32,372 nucleotides of DNA, taken from positions 1 to 32,372 of IMG/VR virus record IMGVR_UViG_2703718827_000001. The stretch is one strand, 5' to 3'. This DNA comes from a virus. Taxonomy: Duplodnaviria > Heunggongvirae > Uroviricota > Caudoviricetes. Below are positions 26,541 through 32,372 of the stretch, in pieces (the first letter of the stretch is position 1; every line of letters begins with the position of its first letter). Below the pieces are notes generated by a model, which did not search any database, was not told where the DNA came from, and saw nothing but the letters and a program-made list of their open reading frames with translations. A program made the position numbers and the translations under genes.

Positions 26541-26922
26541 TATCTTTACCCCGCGCTCCATATGCAGATAAGCACTCTTCAAATCCAGCCTGATTATCCG
26601 TTTGACCAAAACTGAAGCCATGCTGAAGACCATGACGAAATGCGCTATCTTGCAATTTATCTGCGCTATCGAGCTTCGCTTCCAGTTCAGCGATTCGCTT
26701 CTCTGCGGCTTCCAGCTCATCCAGCAGCGCCAGCACGGTGGCGGGGTTGGCTGCGGCGATAAATGCAGCATCACGCGCTTCGTTTTCACTGAATACCATG
26801 GCTATTTGCTCATGGTTCACGCCGTCAGTGGAGTAAATCTCATCGTCGAACTCAACAGCCCACCGGCATTTCGTCGCCTTCTCCGCTGCTTCACGTAATC
26901 CACGTTTGTCGATGTTGCTCAT
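26533..26922 (-). CDS. ead/Ea22-like protein
   Basis: 129 aa; central coiled-coil motif ATVLALLDELEAAEKRIAELEAKL and overall pattern typical of Ea22-like early proteins. Confidence 0.6.
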   Translation of the reverse strand: MSNIDKRGLREAAEKATKCRWAVEFDDEIYSTDGVNHEQIAMVFSENEARDAAFIAAANPATVLALLDELEAAEKRIAELEAKLDSADKLQDSAFRHGLQHGFSFGQTDNQAGFEECLSAYGARGKDNG

Positions 26923-27116
26923 TGGGCGGCCTCCTCCATGGCTGGGTCTGCTGGTAAAGTCATGTGCGGCACTTCAATCAGTTCTGCCCGAGCATCAGCC
27001 GTGTTAAGCGCCATTAATGCGACGATCCGCTTCTGCTCAGCATCCATTCGTAACGCTACTGTCTTGCCGTTCATATTGAAGAACACCGCAACGTTTTTGA
27101 TATCTTCGATTTTCAT
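26919..27116 (-). CDS. Small hypothetical protein (65 aa)
   Basis: Internal Met start (MKIEDIKNVAVFF...) of the track ORF; coupled to neighbours by 4 nt overlaps. Confidence 0.4.
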   Translation of the reverse strand: MKIEDIKNVAVFFNMNGKTVALRMDAEQKRIVALMALNTADARAELIEVPHMTLPADPAMEEAAQ

Positions 27117-27457
27117 ACCCCTACCCTCCCCCAAACCATCAATACCCTTCTCATCGCCGCGCTGTTGCGGCACTCCTGGCAGATCACGTTTGCCTCTGTA
27201 CGCTGCACCAGCTTCGAATTTCCCTTCGGCATAGCCGGGATTGTTTCTGGTGCGTATTTCATGCCGTAATCGGTCAGCCGATAAAGCCGCTGTCCGTGCT
27301 TGCCTTCGAACTCGATCAGGCCGTCTGCAAACAACGTACTTAACGGGCCGGAAATCTTTTTGGTGGTCATGCCGATCATGCTGGCAATACGAGCACTGTT
27401 CAGGCCCGGGTTGTTACGCAGGGCTGCAAGAATCTGCCCGCGGATTGTTATGGTCAT
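27113..27457 (-). CDS. Winged-helix DNA-binding protein
   Basis: 114 aa; N-terminal wHTH-like region (QILAALRNNPGLNSARIASMIGMTTKKISGPLSTLFADGLIE); C-terminal Cys pair. Confidence 0.5.
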   Translation of the reverse strand: MTITIRGQILAALRNNPGLNSARIASMIGMTTKKISGPLSTLFADGLIEFEGKHGQRLYRLTDYGMKYAPETIPAMPKGNSKLVQRTEANVICQECRNSAAMRRVLMVWGRVGV

Positions 27458-28893
27458 CAGAATCCCCCTTTCTTTTTCGGCTGCTGCTCACGCCCGCGGC
27501 GTTCTGCGGCGGCGGCCTGCTGGTCTGTGTCGTAAATTGCCCCGTTGATCTGATTGCAATAAACCGTTCCGGTACTGCCGTGGCGATTGAGTCGCAGGAT
27601 TAACTCGGTTTCTCCCGGCGGCACGCTGTCATCGAAAGCACCTTCCCGGTGGATACCAACCCAGTAGTCGCAGTCCTGCTCAATCTGTCCTGTGTCGCGG
27701 GAATCGCTCGGTAACGGGCGTTTATTCACTCGCTTCTCCAGTTCGCGGTTGAGCTGGGTCAGCAGCACGACGACGCAGCCAAGCTCTTTAGCGAGGTTCT
27801 TCAACCCTTTGGTGATCATCCCGTAGGCAAGGTCATTACGGTCGGCTTTTTCGGCGGTCATCAGAGTCAGGTAGTCAACCAAAATCATTCCTACGCAGCC
27901 CTTCTCGCGCTTGATTCGGCGGCTTTCGCTAACGATGTGCGCCAGTGACAGGCCAGGAGTATCGTCGATGTACAGCATGTCGATTTCACTCAATCGCCCG
28001 GCGGTGGCGATCGCCTTCTTAAAGTCGCCGTCGTAATCGCCCTGGTACTGGTCATCGGCGTCATCCGTGGCTGGCATGTAAAAAATGCTCGGGTTAACTC
28101 CAGACTTCTGACCAACCAGTTTTTCGAGGATCTGGTCGCCCGGCATTTCGAGGCTGAACATCAGCGCTGGCTTTTTCTCACGAACCGCGCAGTTGATCGC
28201 CATCTGACCGTACAGGGTTGTCTTGCCCATCTTTGGCCTTGCGCCAATCACGAACAGAGAGCCTTTAACCAGACCTTTCGGCGCCAGCAGCCGGTCGAGT
28301 GACGGGATGCCGGTGCTCATGCCGCGCTGTTCGCCTGAAGGGTCAAAGCGTTTCTCCAGATCTGCTACCCAGTCATCCATAACCTCGCCGAACGACCGCA
28401 ACCCACGGCGACTACCGGTTTTTGAATGGTCTGCGAGCTGGGTGAAAATACCCTGAATGGCCTCGTACTTCTGCGTGGCGCTCATGCCATTGCGGGAATA
28501 CAGCAGCTCAGTAGCTTCGGTCAGGCGGCTGATACCGTAGCGCTCCATTGCGGCTTCCCGGACTGACGCAGCGTATGCCACGATGTTTGCAGCGCTGGGA
28601 GTGTTCTTGGCGATCTCCGCCAGGTAAGCAAAGCCACCTACCTGCTCCGCGAGCCCTTTGCCTTCGAGCGCGTCGAACAATGTCAGACCATCGACTGGCT
28701 TGTTGTCGCGGAACATCTGGCGCATCTCGGCAAAGATCAGCTGGTGAGGTCGGCTGTAGAACGATTCAGGCTTGAGCATCGCCAGAACCTTCTGGACTCG
28801 CTCGCTGTTGTCATCATCCAGCAGCAGGCCACCGATAACGCTCTGCTCTGCTTCGAGGTTTTGTGGTACAGCCATGAAATCAGCGGTCATCAC
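27457..28893 (-). CDS. dnaB: Replicative DNA helicase (DnaB family)
   Basis: 478 aa; DnaB N-terminal domain (QNLEAEQSVIGGLLLD), Walker A (GARPKMGKTT) and the conserved RecA-like core. Confidence 0.9.
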   Translation of the reverse strand: MMTADFMAVPQNLEAEQSVIGGLLLDDDNSERVQKVLAMLKPESFYSRPHQLIFAEMRQMFRDNKPVDGLTLFDALEGKGLAEQVGGFAYLAEIAKNTPSAANIVAYAASVREAAMERYGISRLTEATELLYSRNGMSATQKYEAIQGIFTQLADHSKTGSRRGLRSFGEVMDDWVADLEKRFDPSGEQRGMSTGIPSLDRLLAPKGLVKGSLFVIGARPKMGKTTLYGQMAINCAVREKKPALMFSLEMPGDQILEKLVGQKSGVNPSIFYMPATDDADDQYQGDYDGDFKKAIATAGRLSEIDMLYIDDTPGLSLAHIVSESRRIKREKGCVGMILVDYLTLMTAEKADRNDLAYGMITKGLKNLAKELGCVVVLLTQLNRELEKRVNKRPLPSDSRDTGQIEQDCDYWVGIHREGAFDDSVPPGETELILRLNRHGSTGTVYCNQINGAIYDTDQQAAAAERRGREQQPKKKGGF

Positions 28894-29785
28894 GATCCCC
28901 CTCGCGCACTTCGATGTAGAGCTTTTCGGTCAGGAACTTATCGAATTTCATGCGGCGCCAGGTCTTCCCAGACTTCTGGTCTGGTCGGTCTTCAAGCATC
29001 CAGCGGCAGTTCTGAGCGATGTAACGCAGATAGCTTCTGAAACCGTCCATATCCATCGGCTTGCCGTCCAGGTTGCGGGCAATCTTATTAGCCTTACCCC
29101 AGAATGTGCGGATCAGATTGCGTCGCTCATCAGTGAGGCATCTCCATCCCCGTGCTTCAGGCAGTTCGTCTTTCAGGCATTGCCATACTTCATCGCATGA
29201 CAAACGAGACTTTTTCTCTTCAGCGGGTTTCTGGTCATTTGCGACATACTTACTACCGTTAGGTAGTAAGTTATTTAATATATTGTTATCTGTGGACACT
29301 GGCTGGACATCGGCTGGACACTCCACCTCCGCAGGCATTGGTACGACTATGTTTGGGCTGGACGCTGGCTGGACATCTGCTGGACAAAAATTTGACTGAT
29401 ATTCGTCATATTTGACCACTTTTAGAACAGTAAAACGGTTGTTCGATTTGGTGGTGATCATGCCCAGATTCTGGAATTTACGGAGAAGGGATTTAACGCG
29501 ATCAGCGGTCAAACCCGTTTCCATTGCCAGTGTGTTTCGCCCGGTGATGAACTCTCCGCGCTCGCAGATCACATCGCCAACATCAGTAGATACCAGTGTC
29601 TGTTCGTGATTAGCACGCAGGAGCATGTGAACCCATAAATGAGCCGCCTCAGCGTCCTTGTAGAACGGCACATCCATAATTTTACGGTGCAGCAAGGCAA
29701 ACCCCTTACCGTCATTCGTGCGCGGTTTCTGGAGCCTTCTGGCCTCTCTGGCTTCGGCTAAATTGGATACGTTACCCACGGCCAC
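28880..29785 (-). CDS. Replication initiator (lambda O-like function) with internal origin repeats
   Basis: 301 aa; overlaps the helicase gene start by 14 nt; N-terminal HTH-like region; repeated peptide CPADVQP encoded by DNA iterons; position between the cII-like gene and the helicase. Confidence 0.65.
   Translation of the reverse strand: MAVGNVSNLAEAREARRLQKPRTNDGKGFALLHRKIMDVPFYKDAEAAHLWVHMLLRANHEQTLVSTDVGDVICERGEFITGRNTLAMETGLTADRVKSLLRKFQNLGMITTKSNNRFTVLKVVKYDEYQSNFCPADVQPASSPNIVVPMPAEVECPADVQPVSTDNNILNNLLPNGSKYVANDQKPAEEKKSRLSCDEVWQCLKDELPEARGWRCLTDERRNLIRTFWGKANKIARNLDGKPMDMDGFRSYLRYIAQNCRWMLEDRPDQKSGKTWRRMKFDKFLTEKLYIEVREGDRDDR
29290..29395. repeat. Iteron array (about 6 direct repeats of GGCTGGACA at 11-12 bp spacing) plus adjacent AT-rich tract: candidate origin of replication
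   Basis: Direct repeats visible in the sequence inside the initiator ORF, followed by an A/T-rich segment (CAAAAATTTGACTGATATTCGTCATATTTGACCACTTTTAG). Confidence 0.7.
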
Positions 29786-30011
29786 TCTCCTTACGTTTCA
29801 GTTCTTCCAGGATGGCGCGCATCTTCTCTGCCACAATCGGGTTAACCGAGCGGATGAAGCGGTCGCGGGTTATGTTTTTATGTACAGAGGTATGGTAATA
29901 GCGTGGATTTTTTGCCATTATTCCTCCTGCAATGAGTGCACACGATTTGCATCTGAAGGCCAGTTCTGTTCGCGCAGACTGGCTTTCGCCATTTTTGAAA
30001 CTTCCCATCAC
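29772..30011 (-). CDS. Small hypothetical early protein (79 aa)
   Basis: ORF coupled by overlaps to the cII-like gene upstream and the initiator downstream; contains CKSC. Confidence 0.4.
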   Translation of the reverse strand: MMGSFKNGESQSARTELAFRCKSCALIAGGIMAKNPRYYHTSVHKNITRDRFIRSVNPIVAEKMRAILEELKRKESGRG

Positions 30012-30550
30012 ATAACCCCCAACATCGAAGTGACCATAGCCATCAGCGGCGCGGTCAGATCCGGGTCGACACGGAACATCTCTACAATCCCCTCACTGAG
30101 TTCCTTGAGCTTCTGGTGACGCGGGGCGTTCATCGCAACGGCCACTTTCGCCTCGCTCGTTTCTTTCTCAAGTCGAGCTAAGCGGGACATAAAACTGTCC
30201 TCTGGAAGAAGTCGATGGCGATACTCCAGCGGCAAAACGGCCATGATTGCGGGCGTCAGCTGGCGCACGTTCTCGCGGTACTGCTCAGAGTCGAAACGGT
30301 TATCCAGAAAGCGAAAAAGTTTCTGGCGCGCCCTGCTGATGTCTTCCGGAAAGCTGATGGCGGTCCCGCCCTGCTCCCGGTATTCGTTGATGATCAGCGC
30401 CGAAACGACGTCCTGATTGTCCAGCGCCGACGACCATGCCCTGACCGCATCGCGGATCTTTTCGTGGTCTGGCGCCGCCTTAGGTTGAGCGCGGTTTATC
30501 ATCGCTCCCGGGTGTATTCCGGTATTGTGTTGATACGCAAGTGAATGCAT
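30008..30550 (-). CDS. YdaT-like / CII-type regulator
   Basis: Start at the internal Met (MHSLAYQ...); segment EYREQGG...LTPAIMAVLPLEYRHRL resembles Rac YdaT (EYLRQGG...LIPAILAILPRELRHRL); located directly downstream of the cro-like gene. Confidence 0.55.
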   Translation of the reverse strand: MHSLAYQHNTGIHPGAMINRAQPKAAPDHEKIRDAVRAWSSALDNQDVVSALIINEYREQGGTAISFPEDISRARQKLFRFLDNRFDSEQYRENVRQLTPAIMAVLPLEYRHRLLPEDSFMSRLARLEKETSEAKVAVAMNAPRHQKLKELSEGIVEMFRVDPDLTAPLMAMVTSMLGVM

Positions 30551-30578
30551 TGCTTTCCCTTCGTGGTTAGGGCCGCCG

Positions 30579-30806
30579 TTAAGCGGCTTTTGGTTTACTG
30601 ATTTCAAGGATCTGGTTCTCGGTAAACTGACCACCAGATGCAGCTGCGATTTTGGACGCATAACCTGTTTCGCCGGTGTAATCGGTACGCGGCAGGCAAC
30701 CGCTGTTAATCCACTTGTAGATAGCGCGGGGAGTGCGCCCGCAAGCCTTCGCCACCACCGGTACACGGATTTGCTTGATGATGTCGCCAAGGTTCTTAGG
30801 TTGCAT
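30579..30806 (-). CDS. cro: Cro-like repressor (YdaS-type HTH)
   Basis: 75 aa; HTH (VAKACGRTPRAIYKWINSG); GAGGG Shine-Dalgarno; divergent from the cI-like gene across an operator-containing spacer. Confidence 0.7.
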   Translation of the reverse strand: MQPKNLGDIIKQIRVPVVAKACGRTPRAIYKWINSGCLPRTDYTGETGYASKIAAASGGQFTENQILEISKPKAA

Positions 30807-30895
30807 TTGTTAACCCTCAAATTGAACTGTAAGTACATATTATGTCGGAACTGATAGTTCACGCAAGTGATATTATGATTGAACCTATGGTTCAA
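30807..30895. promoter_or_regulatory. Divergent immunity control region: PR-like promoter and three operator-type palindromes
   Basis: Palindromes GAACTGTAAGTAC (about 30824..30836), GAACTGATAGTTC (about 30848..30860, perfect) and TTGAACCTATGGTTCAA (about 30879..30895). Minus-strand promoter TTGCGT-N16-CATAAT with the perfect palindrome in its spacer. Confidence 0.6.
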
Positions 30896-31597
30896 GAAGA
30901 AAAAGCGCGTAAAGAGTTTTCCCAACGGCTAGCGCTGGCCTGTGATAAAGCTGGTTTACCTGCTCATGGACGTCAGGCTGAAATAGCCAAACGAATGAAG
31001 CTCACGCCTAAAGCGGTAAGCAAGTGGTTCAATGGGGAGGCTATTCCAAGACGTGGGAAGCTGCAGGAATTGGCGGCTATAATTGGCACATCCTCGTCTT
31101 TCCTGTTGGGGGACAGCGCTGCTGATGGCATATCTGAAGGGCATATGGCGATGAGGGATGATTCTTTCCGTGTAGACGTTTTTGACATTCAGGCAAGTGC
31201 TGGGCAGGGAGTTCTCGTGCGAGATGAATTCATTGAAACCATCAGATCCATTGAGTATTCAACCGAAGAGGCTCGCGCCGTATTTGGTGGGCGCCCAGCT
31301 GACCACATTAAAATGATTGCCGTGAATGGCGATTCGATGTCTGGCACGTTCGAGCCTCGAGACCAGATCTTCGTCGACGTCAGCATCGACTGCTTTGACG
31401 GTGACGGCATATATATTTTCGTTCTGGACAATGATCTCTACATTAAGCGCCTTCAAAAGCAGCACAAAAAATTAGCTGTGATTTCAGACAATAAAAAATA
31501 TGAAACCTGGTACATCGAAGATGGTGATTTTTCTTCTCTCCGTATATGCGCGAAAGTGCTGGTAAGCCAGTCAAGGGCATACAGATTTCATAGCTGA
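30842..31597 (+). CDS. cI: CI-like phage repressor with C-terminal S24 (LexA-type) autopeptidase domain
   Basis: N-terminal HTH (RQAEIAKRMKLTPKAVSKWFNG); C-terminal S24 signature with Ser (VNGDSMSGTF) and Lys (LYIKRL). True start may be 30875 or 30887, because the first ATG overlaps the PR-like -10 element. Confidence 0.85.
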   Translation: MSELIVHASDIMIEPMVQEEKARKEFSQRLALACDKAGLPAHGRQAEIAKRMKLTPKAVSKWFNGEAIPRRGKLQELAAIIGTSSSFLLGDSAADGISEGHMAMRDDSFRVDVFDIQASAGQGVLVRDEFIETIRSIEYSTEEARAVFGGRPADHIKMIAVNGDSMSGTFEPRDQIFVDVSIDCFDGDGIYIFVLDNDLYIKRLQKQHKKLAVISDNKKYETWYIEDGDFSSLRICAKVLVSQSRAYRFHS

Positions 31598-31608
31598 GGA
31601 AGTTAAGC

Positions 31609-32196
31609 ATGGAAGCAAATAAGGTTACAGAGCTGAGTGATGGCAGCGTCTTGTACGAGCTTGGTGATCACCTCATTACCTGCAAATTAAGCCACGATAA
31701 ACGTTGGCAGCTAGGTGCTTTCAAACGTGATGAAAGTAATATCAGAGATGACACTCTGGCGGTTTTGAAGAATGAAAAATTCATGTTTATGGTTAAGCTC
31801 GGCGGGCAGCTTTCTCCTAAGCCTCAATGCATAGCTGTTAACGGGCGATTTTTATTTTCTGTCCATACCGGCAAAGACAACAACATGGCTGCAGCCATAG
31901 TCATGGATAACACCGGGAAAGAGTTATTCAAGATAGAAACTTCCACTCACCTCATCAGTTCGGCCATATCTGAATTTGGCTGCTACATCGCCCTATCGTT
32001 TGCCGGTAGCAAAAATAAAGATGATTTTTACGCGCACCGGCTTGAGGTCATAAACATTGATACCGCAGAGGTGTTGATGTCCGTTATCAAAACAGACTTC
32101 CTTCGATACGCTGAACTTTCAGTTGTTGAGCCAGACGGCGGACTTTTCGCAACTTTCAATGGTCGCACAAGACTAGTAGATGTGACGAACCTCTAA
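31609..32196 (+). CDS. Hypothetical protein co-transcribed with cI (rex-position cargo gene)
   Basis: 195 aa ORF starting 12 nt after the repressor stop on the same strand; no recognisable motif; AT-rich; lies between operator-bearing promoters. Confidence 0.6.
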   Translation: MEANKVTELSDGSVLYELGDHLITCKLSHDKRWQLGAFKRDESNIRDDTLAVLKNEKFMFMVKLGGQLSPKPQCIAVNGRFLFSVHTGKDNNMAAAIVMDNTGKELFKIETSTHLISSAISEFGCYIALSFAGSKNKDDFYAHRLEVINIDTAEVLMSVIKTDFLRYAELSVVEPDGGLFATFNGRTRLVDVTNL

Positions 32197-32325
32197 AATA
32201 TCCAATCCGCACCCTCCTCCAGGCATTCCCCACAAAAAATTCTAAAAATTTTTTCTCTTTAAAGTTCATATACATACTTGCATATGAACTTTCCATTCAC
32301 TTTAAATGTACTTTTGGTACTTTAC

Positions 32326-32353
32326 TTGAATGAACTATTGGTACATTATCAAC
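32326..32353 (+). promoter_or_regulatory. Candidate PL/OL-like promoter-operator
   Basis: TTGAAT-N16-TATCAA with operator-like GAACTATTGGTAC in the spacer, mirroring the PR-like promoter; nearby GTACTTTTGGTAC repeat. Confidence 0.35.
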
Positions 32354-32372
32354 CCATCGAAACGAAACATCG

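Larger units (their letters stand above)
1..32372. mobile_element. Lambdoid prophage interior (immunity, replication, nin, lysis, packaging, head and tail modules); both ends lie outside the window
   Basis: Canonical lambdoid gene order and content on the minus strand (cro to O-like to DnaB to NinB/NinG to Q-position gene to holin/endolysin/spanins to terminase to portal to capsid to tail), with a divergent S24 repressor gene. No integrase or att site seen. Confidence 0.9.

Noticed and set aside
26340-26789. 149-aa ORF overlapping the Ea22-like gene
   Set aside because: Its N-terminal part is an alternative frame of the Ea22-like gene with a GTG start; only the C-terminal 66 codons from the internal Met are plausible.
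30008-30806. Interpretation of the YdaS/YdaT-like pair as a toxin-antitoxin system
   Set aside because: Genomic context (divergent from an S24 repressor across operator palindromes, followed by replication genes) fits Cro and CII-analogue roles, as established for the Rac prophage pair.
30008-30925. 305-aa minus-strand ORF spanning the cro gene and the cI/cro spacer
   Set aside because: Its N-terminal 125 codons overlap the cro-like gene and the operator region in another frame; only the part from the internal Met at 30550 looks like a real protein (YdaT-like).
1-32372. CRISPR array, integrase or attachment site
   Set aside because: No regularly spaced direct repeats with unique spacers; no tyrosine or serine recombinase signature in any long ORF; the prophage ends appear to lie outside the window.

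Overview
This window reads as the interior of a lambdoid, siphovirus-type prophage of an enterobacterial host, with nearly all backbone genes on the minus strand. From right to left: an immunity region (S24-type CI-like repressor on +, divergent Cro/YdaS-like and YdaT/CII-like genes on -), a replication module (O-like initiator with an internal iteron origin, DnaB-type helicase), a nin-like region (wHTH, Ea22-like, DUF551, NinB, NinG, HNH endonuclease), a Q-position gene, a lysis cassette (two holin-like genes, GH108-type endolysin, overlapping spanins), terminase small and large subunits, portal, head morphogenesis, scaffold, capsid, head-tail joining genes, major tail protein, tape measure and tail-tip genes running off the left edge. 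No integrase, att site, tRNA, rRNA or CRISPR array was seen. The parts not explained by the backbone are several small cargo (moron) insertions that look AT-richer by eye, mostly on the opposite strand or bracketed by their own terminators: a gene co-transcribed with cI in the rex position, a KilA-N / multi-TM / lipoprotein cluster inside the tail operon, a HEPN-motif gene between lysis and terminase, a two-gene plus-strand islet in the nin region, and a secreted protein inside the head module. These are the candidates for undescribed lysogen-expressed exclusion or defence functions; none can be assigned a function from sequence alone. All family calls are from reading the ORF translations, motifs and gene order; no database search was run. 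Coordinates of hairpins, repeats and operators were read by hand and may be off by a few bases.
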